From positions 18,104,001 through 18,168,000 of the forward strand of contig NC_086108.1 in the NCBI RefSeq assembly GCF_963921235.1: a DNA stretch of 64,000 nucleotides, read 5' to 3'. The translations under genes and the position numbers were made by a program. Positions within the stretch are counted from its first letter, which is position 1, and the number at the start of each line of letters is the position of its first letter. Of this stretch, positions 26,757-38,822 are shown in pieces. This DNA is from Mobula hypostoma. Its lineage: Eukaryota. The notes below the pieces were generated by a model that did not search any database, was not told the origin of the DNA, and was given only the letters and a program-made list of their open reading frames with translations.

Positions 26757-27789
26757 GAAGATTAGACATTGGCTCAATGGAAGAAACCAGAGAGTGGTAG
26801 TGGAAGATTGCTTCTCTGAGTGGAGGCCTGCGACTAATGGTGTGCCACAGGGATCAGTGCTGAGTCCATTGTTATTTGTCATCTATATCAATGATCTGGA
26901 TGCTAATGTGGTAAATTGGATCAGCAAATTTGCTGATGATACAAAGATTGGAGGTGTAGTGGACAGTGAGGAAGGTTTTCAAAGCTTGCAGAGGGATTTG
27001 GACCAGCTGGGAAAATGGGCTGAAAAATGGCAGATGAAGTTTTACACAGACAAGTGTGAGGTATTGCACTTTGGAAGGACAAATCAAGGTATAACATACA
27101 AGGTAAATGGTAGGGCACTGAGGAGTGCAGTAGAAGAGGGATCTGGGAATACAGATACAAAATTCCCTAAAAGTAGCGTCACAGGTAGATGAGGTCGTAA
27201 AGAGAGCTTTTGGTATATTGGCCTTTATAAATCAAAGTATTGAGTATAAGAATTGGAATGTTATGGTGAGGTTGTAAAGGCATTTGTGAAGCCGAATTTG
27301 GAGTATTGTGTACAGTTTTGGTCACCAAATTACAGGAAGGATATAAATAAGGTTGAAAACTGCAGAGAAGTTTTACAAGGATGTTGCCGGGACTTGAGAA
27401 ACTGAGTTACAGAGAAAGGTTGAATAGGTTAGGACTTTATTCCCTGGGGCGTAGAAGAATGAGGGGAGACTTGATAGAGGTATATAAAATTATGATGGGT
27501 ATAGATAGAGTAAATGCAAGCAGGCTTTTTCCACTGAGGCTAGGGGAGGAAAAAAACCAGAGGACATGGGTTGAGGGTGAAGGGGGAAAAGTTTAAAGGG
27601 AACATTAGGGGGGGCTTCTTCACACAGAGAGTGGTGGGAGTGTGGAATGAGCTGCCAGATGAAGTGGTAAACGTGGGGTCACTTGGTCCTGGTGCAGGTC
27701 AGTGGGACATGGCAGAAAAATGGTTCGGCACGGCCAAGAAGGGCCAAAAGGCCTGTTTCTGTGCTGTAATGTTCTATGGTTCTATGGTT
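26757..27789 (+). mobile_element. 5'-truncated CR1 LINE
   Basis: [16 protein letters not shown]; (ttctatgg)n tail. Confidence 0.92.
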
Positions 27790-27810
27790 CAAAGAGCTCA
27801 CAGTCCTATC

Positions 27811-29275
27811 CATAAGACCATAAGACAAAGGAGCAGAAGTAGGCCATTCGGCCCATCGAGTCTGCTCCGCCATTTTATCATGAGCTGACCCATTTTATCC
27901 TATTTAGTCCCATTGCCCCGCCTTCTCACCATAACGTTTGATGCCCTGGCTACTCAGATACCATCAATCTCTGCCTTAAATACACCCAATGACTTGGCCT
28001 CCACTGCTGCCCGTGGCAACAAATTCCATAGATTCACCACCCTCTGGCTAAAAAAATTTTTTCGCATTTCTGTTCTGAAAGGGCGCCCTTCAATCCTGAA
28101 GTCATGCCCTCTCGTACTAGACTCCCCCATCATGGGAAACAACTTTGCCACATCCACTCTGTCCATGCCTCTTAACATTCGAAATGTTTCTATGAGGTCT
28201 CCCCTCATTCTTCTAAACTCCAAGGAATACAGTCCAAGAGCGGACAAATGTTCCTCATATGTTAAGCCTCTCATTCCCAGAATCATTCTAGTGAATCTTC
28301 TCTGTACCGTCTCCAATGTCAGCACATCCTTTCTTAAATAAGGAGACCAAAACTGCCCACAGTACTCCAAGTGAGGTCTCACCAGCGCCTTGTAGAGCCT
28401 CAACATCACATCCCTGCTCCTATACTCTATTCCTCTAGAAATGAATGCCAACATTACATTCGCCTTCATCACTACCGACTCAACCTGGAGGTTAACTTTA
28501 AGGGAATCCTGTACGAGGACTCCCAAGTGCCGTTGCATCTCAGAACTTTGAATTCTTTCCCCATTTAAGTAATAGTCTGCCTGTTTATTTTTTCTGCCAA
28601 AGTGCATAACCATACACTTTCCAACATTGTACTTCATTTGCCAATTCTCTTCCCATTCTTCCAATCTATCCAAGTCTCTCTGCAGACTCTCCGTTTCCTC
28701 TGCAGTACCGTCCCCTCCACCTATCTTCGTATCGTCAGCAAACTTAGCCACAAAGCCATCTATTCCATAATCCAAATCGTTGATGTACAACGTAAAAAGA
28801 AGCGGCCCCAACACTGATCCCTGTGGAACACCACTGGTAACCGGCAGCCAACCAAAATAGGATCCCTTTCTTCCCACTCTCTGTTTCCTGCCAATCAGCC
28901 AACGCTCTATCCACGTATGTAACTTTCCTGTAATTCCATGGGCTCTTATCTTGTTAAGCAGCCTCATGTGTGGCACCTTGTCAAAGGCCTTCTGAAAATC
29001 CAAATATACAACATCCACTGCATCTCCCTTGTCTAGCCTCCTGGTAATTTCCTCAAAAAATTGTAATAGGTTTGTCAGGCAGGATTTTCCTTTAAGGAAT
29101 CCATGCTGAGTTCTGCCTATCTTGTCATATGCCTCCAGGTACTCTGTAACCTCATCCTTGACAATCGACTCCAACAACTTCCCAACCACCGACGTCAAGC
29201 TAACAGGTCTATAATTTCCTTTTTGCTTCCTTGCCCCTTTCTTAAATAGTGGAGTGACATTTGCAATCTTCCAGT
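27811..29275 (-). mobile_element. 5'-truncated young CR1 LINE with uninterrupted RT ORF
   Basis: 450-aa ORF 27954-29306 with NYRPVSLTS, DFQKAFDKV, GVPQGS, FADD; (tcttatgg)n tail; tail-to-tail with the previous copy. Confidence 0.96.
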
Positions 29276-30289
29276 ACAGTTCCACACCTACCATATACTT
29301 GATCAAGAAATGATTGCTAACTAATTCTCCTTGTAAATATCCTGCTCTGTGATTCCTTCAATAGTATCAGATGAGATCAATATCAGATACTGATTTTTTC
29401 CAAATCTCAAATCCAGTTCCTCTACCATCATTAAGTCACACCAAACAATGACTATCCAAAAGATATTCCATGAAGCCATTAGCATTTGTTCTACTGCTAA
29501 CCAACAGTGTACTGTGTACATTAAAATCACCACACCATTATCCTGTTGAGTAATTCGTTACTCTGGTTGTTGAACATAGCCTGAAATCTTATTTTGCTTC
29601 CAACAGTCCCCCCCACCCCTCCACTTTTTAAATTCTCCTTTATATGGTCCATTGAAACATCTAGGAACTTCTAATAACACTCCACCCATCCACTGTCTTT
29701 TCAGAAATAGCGATGCCATTAACAGATTTCAAACACCAGCTCTTTCTGTACCATCATTGCATATCATAAGCAACTTCCCAACTCGAAATGGATCAACACT
29801 AACTGTATCCCCCAGTGCTTTAAGATCAGAAGTTAACGAAAACAGATTAAGAGAGCTACTAGGAGAAGAGTCAAGTTTCTTCAGTACCTTAAGTTCCTGG
29901 TTCCTCTTCTTCCAATTTCATACCATTCCTCACCATCACTAAGTTTGTTCCCTTCTCTATGTCCTTGCTTTCTCCTATGTCCTTTGACTTCCCACCACAC
30001 ATCGCTGTCCTTCCTGCATCTGCCTCCATACTCCATCTCCTGCTCACTTCCTGCCAGCTCCTCTCCAGTCACGTCTCCAGAAGTTGCTCACAAAAGACAT
30101 TTCAATGAAAACCTGTAGAAGGGTCTTGCCCCAAAACATCAAATGTTTTCTTCATTTCCATAGATGCTGCCTGACCTGTTGAGTTCCTCCAGCATGTTGT
30201 GCATGTTGTTATTCATTTCAAATTGGCAGGCCCCAACCAGCTTGTGTTGCTGCATTCCAAATGAGCATACCGCCCCAGTTTGCCGACTG

Positions 30290-31040
30290 TTGGGTCTACT
30301 TTGAATGAATCTGATATAACAATTGCTGATCTGATCTCTAGCCTACTAAATCGGTTCTAATCGTTTGTCTATGAATCATTCATTGGACTGTTGTCATATT
30401 CCCGAGATTATTGATTATAGATTATTCACTGTGTCAGGCATTGTTTGTTGATGTAATCTAAAGCAAATTGATTTAATGCTTGAATTATTGGCCTTTCTCA
30501 TCAACCATTGATGAGATAATTAAAATGTTGATTATTTTTGATTAAAAAATCATGAAAATATGGGAATGAATGAACTTGTTTCAATCACTGCAGTAAGTTA
30601 TAGTTCAGTCCGTGATTCATTGACTTGATCAATTGTTCATCTATTGATTCATTGACCTGATTGACTCATTTGCTGGACTGTTGAATCATCATTTAATAAT
30701 CAAATTATTGGTTGGTTGACACGTTTACCATTAAATTAAATAACTGGTTGTTCTAATTATTTATGGAATACACCATTGATTTGATTATTGGTCTGTTGGC
30801 TTGTTTTAAATCTTGTATCAGTTGAATCAATCTTTGATTATTTTGAGTCTTTCTTTAATCTGATTATTGGCCTGCTGAATCATTCTATTGTTCTCGTTTT
30901 TCAGTAATAAAATTATTTTTGATGAATTAAACCATTATCCTGTTCATTACTCTGGTTGTTGAACAGTTGTGTGATCTAATAATACATTTATCCAGTGTTT
31001 GGTCTATAATTGGCTGAACCAGTTCTTGCATTCACTGACT
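30290..31040 (+). repeat. Degenerate ~32-bp tandem repeat block
   Basis: ctgattattggcctgctgaatcattc at 30860; gatttgattattggtctgttgg at 30778. Confidence 0.7.
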
Positions 31041-31936
31041 TATTCCTCTCAGTACTATTTTTAAATGTGCTATAAATTGTACTTTGAGCTCCAGTATAAT
31101 CAATTCAAAGTACAGTACAGTCAATATCTTTATCACAACTTCCTCTGTTGCCATTTAAACCAGGGAAGCAGGGAATCATTAATCTCTCTTCAAATCATGT
31201 CTCTCAATGATACTCATCACAATACTTTATTCATAGCTGGCAGTTCATCTGCTTTTCAGCCAACCTTTCCCCTTTTAGTTGCACAAAACCTGATATCTAT
31301 GATGATATAAAGCAATGGAAGGTATAGTTTTCAAAGTTCAAAGTACTATCTCATCATATTGAACCCTGAGATTAATTTACTTGTGGGCATACTCAATAAA
31401 GCCAATAACCATAATAGAATCAATGAAAGACACACCAACAAGGCAGGCAACAACTGTGTAAATGAAAGAAGAAAAAAAGAAATAATGAATAAATAAGCAA
31501 TAGATATCGAGAACATGAGATGAAGAGTCCTTGAAAGTGAGTGCATTGGTTGTGGGAACAGTTCAGTGATGGGACAAGTGAAGTTATCCGCTCTGGTCCA
31601 AGAGCCTGAGGATTGAGTTTTGTTCATAATGTCTAAAAAGCCATTAAAACACCTGTCTCTAAGATGCCATTCATCTCAAGTGAAATGCGAATCAGTGATC
31701 TGTCTATGGAAGTTGCCGCAGTTGATATTTGTGTGAAGAAAGACCTCTGTATACTGTTGTGTGCGGTGCAGGCAATGAGAGTTCGGTTGTAGAGGTACAC
31801 TAATGCCAGTACACTATGTAGAGTGAGCAATTTTAGCTGAGAATTATTAGCCAAAACAACTATTGTGAACTGCATGGTGCCTTGTAGTGATACGTGTGGC
31901 TTTGGTTTCAAAATTTTGTATGATATCTATTTATAA

Positions 31937-33945
31937 TCATAGAATCATACAGCTCAGGAATGGGTCCTTTCCACTCACCATGTCTATGCTAACCATGATG
32001 ACTATCTGTTAATCTCATTTTCCTGCATTAGGGCTATATTTCTGTATTCTTTTACTATCCAAATACCTCTCTGAATGGATTTTAAATATTATAGCTACAT
32101 CTGCCTCCACCTTCTTTGGTAGCTTTTTCCAGGTAACCACTGCTGTGTGCAAAAACCTACCCTTCAGAACTCCTTCAACTTTTCTCCCCACTTCACCTTA
32201 AGCTTGTGTCTTTCGGTTTTAGATTCATCACCCTCGGAAAAGAACTGACTATTCGTCCTATGTATGCCCCTTTATAATTTGATAAACTTCAGCCTCGTAT
32301 GTTCCTTTATAATTTGATAAACCTCAGCCCCCTATGTTTCATTGAGGATCAACTGATCCCATTCAGTTCTTCATATGTAAAGCCCATCATTACAGGCAAC
32401 ATCCTGGTGAGTATCTTCTGTGTGGTCTCAAATGTTACCAAATATGGACTTCAGTAAAGCTTTTGACAAGTTCCTGCATGGCAGGGAAGGTTAGATTGCT
32501 TGGGAGTGGTTGGGGGGGGGAGGGGGAAGAATATTAGATTTGTAATTGGCTTTGTGTAGGAAGCAGAGAGTGATGATTACGGGTTGTTTCTCAGACTGAA
32601 GACTTGTGACTAGTGGTGTGGCACAGAGATCAGTGCTGGGACCTCTGCTCATTATTTGGATGCATGATTCGAATGTACATGTATAAGGCATAGATTGTAG
32701 GTTTGTGAATGATGCTAAAGTAAGTGGTATTGTAGATAGTGAAGAAGATTTTCAAAAATTACAGTTGGATATTGATGAACTAGGATTGGCAAATGGTTTT
32801 CAGTGTGGAGAAGTGTGAATTCATTTGGGAATACACTTGGGAAGTCAGATCAAGGTAGGGCTTTCATAGTGAATTTTATTTTATAAATTATTTATTTATT
32901 TGAGATTAAGCGTGGGGTATGTCCTTCCAGCTCTCCGAGCCATGCAGTCCCCAGACTACAGTCCCCAGATTTAACCCTAGCCTAATCACAGAACAATTTA
33001 CAATGACCTACTAACCGGTACGTCTTTGGACTGTGGGAGGAAACTGGATCACCCGGAGGATATACACACATTTACAGCAAGCACGTACAAACTTTTTAGG
33101 GACAGCGGTGGGAATTGAACTCAGGTTGCTGGTATTGTAAAATGTTGCACTAACCACCACACTGCAGCACACTAACTGCTCCACTACTGGGAATGGTGGG
33201 GCCCTAAGGAGTGTTGTAGAACAGGAGTACAAGTAAATGGTTCTCTGAAAGTGGTGACAAAGGTAGATGGGGTGGTGAAGAAAGCTTTTGTCACACTGCC
33301 CTTCATCCGTCAAGGAAATGGGCTTAGAAGTTAGGATATTATGTTGCAGTTGTGCTATTCATTAGTGAGGCCGCACTTGGAGAATTGCAATCAGTTTTGG
33401 TCGCCCTGCTATAGAAATGTCATCCTTGAACGAGAATACTGCAAGGACTCGAGGGCCTGAGTACAGGGAGAGGTTGGGCAGTCCAGGACTTTATTCCTTG
33501 GAGAGTAGGAAGTTGAGAGGTGACTGTATAGATATAGGGTAAATGCACATAGTTTTATTCCCTGGGAAGGGCAACTAAAAACATGAGGGCATAGTTTTAA
33601 GATAAGAAGTGAAAGATTCAAAAGGGATGTAAGTGACATTATCTTCATATAGAATATGGTATGTATATGGCAGGTATAATAACTGCATTTTAAAGACATG
33701 TGGATAAATACAGAGATGGGAAGACCTTGGAGGATATGGGCCAAATGTAGGTAAATGGGACAAGCTTGGTAGCACCATGTTCAGTATGGACTGTTGGACT
33801 GAAGGGCATGTTTCTATGCTGTATGACTGTCCTTCCTGTAACATGGTAACCACATAATACTCCAAGTGTGGTCTAACCAATGTTATATCATGACATCACA
33901 GTCTTGTACTCAGCACCTCAGCCTATGAAGGCAAGCATACCAAAT
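31937..33945. mobile_element. Old CR1 fragments in both orientations (minus ~31937-32440, plus ~32445-33830)
   Basis: catagaatcatac tail; ggacttcagtaaagcttttgacaag (DFSKAFDK); gtgaggccgcacttggagaattg. Confidence 0.75.
32875..33175 (-). mobile_element. V-SINE-like element inserted in CR1
   Basis: Minus strand cctccgggtgatccagtttcctcccacagtccaaagacgt (V-domain), tRNA-like head, (aaat)n tail. Confidence 0.75.
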
Positions 33946-34247
33946 GAATTTTTCGCAACCCTCTTCACCTATGCCACCATTTTCAAGGACCTGTGGAAGG
34001 GCAGCTCATGATCTCTCTGTATATCCACATTCAGTCAGTTCTATCAGCTTCAGTTGTCGTGAGAGTCAGAGTTCACTGACTGGCCACAGTAACAGACCAG
34101 AGTTCAAGCACCACATGCAACGTAACATACTCAATCACAAGCGGTAGCTCATCCCCTGTCTTTGATACAACCAGCACTCTCCCGCCCCAACCCCTGACCA
34201 CACCACTTGGGTAGAAACTGACATCATTATTTTCCATTTATGTTTAG

Positions 34248-34382
34248 AGAAAGATGGTGCACACCTCCAGAGAGAACACTAGGACCAACAAGACAGCGAT
34301 GTTTAAAGAGTTGGGAAGAGCACTGGCCGACTACTGTCAGTAGTAGTGCCTGTTGGGCAGTCAGGCATTGGACTGTGGAGAG
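34248..34382 (+). other. Candidate 135-nt host exon
   Basis: aactgac branch, ttttccatttatgtttAG acceptor, GAG|GTGAGT donor; exactly one open frame (phase 2/2). Confidence 0.5.
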
Positions 34383-34489
34383 GTGAGTGTATAGATCCTG
34401 CCTGCTGGTGCAGTTTTGCATAAGACAGTGTAAAGTGAGCATGCAATCATCTGAGGGTCAACATGCTTAAACTTCTCTCCCCAAAACAG

Positions 34490-34690
34490 GCGAACGACAT
34501 ATTGTGAATGCAGAGGTGGCTACAGAAAGTTGCGATGGCCCCAGATATCCAATTGGAAAGAAAGGCCAATGGTTTCCCAAGAAGATAAACGAGGCCAGAT
34601 TGTATTAGGAACAGAGAGAGAGGTTATGAGGGAGGTTATCCTAGGACATGGCCACCCAGTCACACTGTATCTGAAAACCAATGGGCAAGG
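34490..34690 (+). other. Candidate 201-nt host exon
   Basis: cttctctccccaaaacAG acceptor, weaker AGG|GTAGGA donor; one open frame, phase 2/2, compatible with the previous exon. Confidence 0.3.
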
Positions 34691-37600
34691 GTAGGAGGTG
34701 GGGCAGGAGAGGAGGGCTTGATAGTGATGTGCACAACTGATCTCTTTTCACCATCTGTACAATTTGCCAACTGCTGTGCAGAAACTGCAAGAGGCAAGCA
34801 GCGAAAGGACAAATTTTGAGACCTGAGACTGCAGGTGCAAGAATTTGGAGCGAAAGACTGATAGAACTGAGCAGCTTGAGCAATATCTATGGAAGTGGAG
34901 GGGCAGTTAATATTTTAGCTTGAGACCCTGCAACAAGTCTTAAGGATGTAGAGCGGAGAGGTCTGGTACAAAGAGGAGAGAGGGAGAGGGCTGGTAGAAG
35001 ACGGTTGGAACCAGGTGAGCTAGGGAATGATGGGCAGGTAGATCAGTGAGCAGTGGTGGAGTGTTAAGACAAGAAGCTGAAGGGAATTGGTGGAAAGGGA
35101 GGGGTAATGGACACATAGAACTTGAGCAGTGGGGTGGGAGCTATAGGAAGGGTAAGTCAAGGGTGCAGAAACACAAGTGGATAGGTGTGTGGGTGATGGG
35201 AAAGAGCTTGGATGGAGTGGGAGAAATACAAAGGAAGTGATACTGGAAAATTCAATGTTCTATGTGCTATCCAAGTGTAATGTATCAGCGAGGTTTTGAA
35301 GGGGCTGGGTAAAGTTGATAGGCATTGGATCTCAATATTACATGGAAGATGGTGTTCCTATTTGAACCCAGCATGGAAGGAGGTCATATCATTGACAGCT
35401 GCATGACTTCATTGAGGACTTCATTAACCAGACTTAATTGTGCAGCTCACTCCCCTCACACAATGGTGTGCAGTGTTCAGGACTAGGAGCATTTTGTTGC
35501 TGAATCAGAACTCCACTAGAGACTGAGTGGCATTAGCTAGTTTGCAAGCCTCTTCCTTCCTCCAGGCATGGCTGTGCTGTGCGTGATAACCCCACCCCAG
35601 CAAAGCCTTGCAATCCCTACAACCCCCACCAAAGAGACAAATACATGCCCAGGAGCCAGAAGCTGCTGACTTTCATGCAGCTGCATATGACTTCAGAGTT
35701 CACTGTGGTTGGGTAGTACAGTCATGACCTTGGAGTGGACAGGCAGGACATAGAAGGGGACAATCTCTAGCAAAGTACACCTGTCTACTTGCTTCTTCTT
35801 AGCAACTATTTCTCTGTTAGAGACAAGATGATACCTTCAAACCCCCATAATTATGGAGACAGCAGTTGTGTCATGAACTTGTACTAGTTTTCCAAGTGGA
35901 AATATTCAAGTAGTCCAGAGCCATTTATAATTGCAATCAACATTTTTTCAGTAACAAGGAATTTATGTGAGTTTTCAAAATAATTTTTGTTTACGTTAAT
36001 AAAAGAAAAACAATTTTATTTTTATAAAATATTGCATTTGATAACTTTCCTTCCCAGTGTAAATAAAAATTCACCAGAGCATTTGGAAAATAGTCTCGTT
36101 TGGAATACTGGAAACACTTAACAAGTCAGGCAGCATCTGTAGACAGAGAAGCAACTAACATTTTGGGTCAAATTAACTGGTCAATTATGATTAAGTGTCT
36201 CAGACCCTAAAAGTTAACCTTGTTTCTCTTTCTATGGATGTGACCTGAACTTCTGAGTGTTTGCAACAACGCATAACACTCTCTGCTGCAGGATTTCAAG
36301 CTCAATTGGGGAATTTAACAACAAGATGCTCATTGGAATTGTTCACAGGGTCCATTTCTGCACAGATGTGTTTTGTTGATAAAAGGCTAAGCCTTCTGCA
36401 GGGTCCAAAGAGTGCAAGCAACTCATCCCCTTGCAGTATTTGAAGTTGAGTGACCTGATTGGTTACCAACACCGTAATGTTAGCAATTTGTTCTTTCTGT
36501 TACTTGCCACACTGGGATGTATACCAAGTCATTTCTCATATCAGGAATGAAATATCAGCCTATGGTTGAATGCTATCGGCCATTGCTTATGTAAGGATGC
36601 CCAAATGCCTCTGAATATTACAGCAAATGTACTTTGGTACAGCCTAGTTGGTATTGTCTTGATGGGCCAAATGGTGCATTCCCATGATATGTGCCTCTAC
36701 AACTCTGTGTTCTTATGCAGTGTTCAGCATTTTCAGAGAGGATGTACAGAGGTATATCACAAGGGTTTGTCACATTCAAGGAGTGTGAATGCCCCTTCCC
36801 TGTGCAGTTTGTAAACAGAACTGATTTATTGTTTGATTCCTTTGTAGAACAGCAGCAGCCTCAGGGACTGATGCTTGTAAACTGATAGAAGGCCAGAGAT
36901 CTATCATTTCATCAAGATGGAAATGCTGTAAAGGTTGATGAGATGGAGATGAGAGCTTGCAGATTCTGGAATCTGGAGCATCTCATAAGCTGGTGGTGAA
37001 ACTCAGAGGGTCAAGCAGCACCTGTGGTGGGGAAAGGAATTGTTGACATTGACCTGATATTTTCTTCCAACTGATTGTTTCTGACTTTCCAAGTGTAGTC
37101 CCCAACCCCTTGGTCAACTGTATGTATCTGTAGGGATTTAGGATTTTGCATTGTTCGTGAATGGAGTATTGCACCATTATTCTAGAATCATTTTGTAGCA
37201 CAAGCCCTGTCTATTGTCATTCAAAGTTGATGAAAGATTGTTTGGCTCATCTGGCTTGCTTTCTGCAGCTGTCCCTTGGGTAAGAGCAGCATTACAATTG
37301 TGACAGCCATTCTCGGCCTTTTCATTTGATTCCCTATAACAAGTGCACAAACATGAGAATAACACAAAGGAAATGAAACTGCTGTAATTCTTGGCAGAGG
37401 AATTCCTATTAGTTGGCGTCATTATGGTGGATATTAATGTAGTAAATTAAGATGATTTAAACGAATGCACAGTTCTGTATTTGTCAACGTGGAACAGAAA
37501 GTGAGTTTGTAAATCTGGCAGAAAGAAAGGATGTTGAGGTTGCTGAGGGTGGAGCACCACGTGAGGGGTGTGGGACAGGTGGCAGAGAAGGACTGCCAAA

Positions 37601-37877
37601 GGTGGGGGGGGGGTGCGCAAATTCAGACACACCCAGCCCTAGCTAGATCACTTGATTCCAAATAATTGGTTTATTGATCATGACAGAATGTCTCTCTGGT
37701 GCTTCCCACTCCCTGACCTCTTCCTTCTCCTTTTTCCAACCATGATTCTCCTCTCCCTGCCCCCTTCCCACTCTCAGTCCACAGTGGAGACCCATATCTA
37801 AATCAGGTTTATCACTCACATATTTCATGAAATTTGTTTATTTTTGCAGTAGTATAGTGAAATACATAAAATTATGA

Positions 37878-38092
37878 CAGAAGTGGTGGGAGTATGGAAT
37901 GAGCTGCCAGACGAGGTGGTAAATGCGGATTCTTTTTTAACATTTAAGAATAAATTGGACAGATACATGGATGGGGGGTGTATGGAGGGATATGGTCCGT
38001 GTGCAGGTCAGTGGGACTAGGCAGAAAATGGTTCGGCACAGCCCAGAAGGGCCAAAGGGCCTGTTTCTGTGCTGTAGTTTCTATGGTTATGG
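37878..38092 (+). mobile_element. CR1 3' fragment next to a Tc1-like MITE remnant (~38093-38150)
   Basis: Matches the 3' end of the 26757-27789 copy; gcaaaagtctgaagcac...gtgcctaagacttttgcac inverted repeat follows. Confidence 0.7.
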
Positions 38093-38309
38093 TAACTGCG
38101 CAAAAGTCTGAAGCACCTTATGTGCCTAAGACTTTTGCACAGGACTGTAGTTATTGCTGAACTGAGTGTGGAAGTTCAACTGTTTGTGCGTTTTTGTTGC
38201 ACTGCAGACATTATCCAGGTGAGTTTGGCTGGCTACACGTCAGCTGAGCAAACAGAAACCAAGCTCCCCTCACTCATTCAGAGGTTTCTTTGATTTCCCT
38301 TTCCTTCAG

Positions 38310-38626
38310 ATAGATAGAGTGGATAGCCAGCGCCTCTTCCCCAGGGCACCACTGCTCAATACAAGAGGACATGGCTTTAAGGTAAGGGGTGGGAAGTTCA
38401 AGGGGGATATTAGAGGAAGGTTTTTTACTCAGAGAGTGGTTGGTGCGTGGAATGCACTGCCTGAGTCAGTGGTGGAGGCAGATACACTAGTGAAGTTTAA
38501 AAGACTACTAGACAGGTATATGGAGGAATCTAAGGTGGGGGCCTATATGGGAGGCAGGGTTTGAGGGTTGGCACAACATTGTGGGCCGAAGGGCCTGTAC
38601 TGTGCTATACTATTCTATGTTCTATG
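38310..38626 (+). mobile_element. Short young CR1 3' fragment
   Basis: Near-identical to ~8154-8468 (the 81-aa ORFs differ by one residue); (ttctatg)n tail. Confidence 0.93.
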
Positions 38627-38786
38627 TTCAGTTATCACTAACCTGTGTCCAGCAGCTATATATCAGCTGGATAAGAGTTAGCTCATTTGCCCTGAATCCA
38701 TCAAAACAGTTCCTTATGTTTTTGCAACACACATCAAAGTTGCTGGTGAACGCAGCAGGCCAAGCAGCATCTGTAGGAAGAGGTGC

Positions 38787-38822
38787 AGTTGACGTTTCAG
38801 GTCGAGACCCTTCGTCAGGACT
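38787..38822 (-). ncRNA. Minimal type I hammerhead ribozyme motif
   Basis: Minus strand agtc-CTGACGA-agg(gtctcga)cct-GAAAC-GTC-aact; one stem I mismatch. Confidence 0.65.

Larger units (their letters stand above)
11815..30110 (-). mobile_element. Fragmented Nimb/I-clade LINE (ORF1, AP endonuclease, RT, RNase H); pieces at ~11815-13374, 13935-14335, 14471-14540, 17637-17897, 22798-22850, 26510-26755, 29276-30110
   Basis: SLYADDGAVW..WGFKLSAAKTQ (13968-14261); YRPVSLTSNMCKLMKRMV (~14480-14535); ICFSWIPS RNase H remnant (~12490-12520); PRWNF linker (~26750); GDFNVH endonuclease motif (~29515-29535); Nimb-type 3' end cacactccagttcagtaggtggcagtaaggcacc (minus, ~11865-11900). Confidence 0.8.

Noticed and set aside
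27954..29306. 450-aa RT ORF as a domesticated host gene or active LINE
   Set aside because: It is a 5'-truncated CR1 lacking endonuclease and ORF1; the first few residues come from flanking Nimb DNA.
36847..36940. Further exon candidates (here, ~43013-43136, ~60451-60513, ~61340-61390)
   Set aside because: Acceptor-like AG is present but donors are weak and no peptide is recognisable; not supportable.
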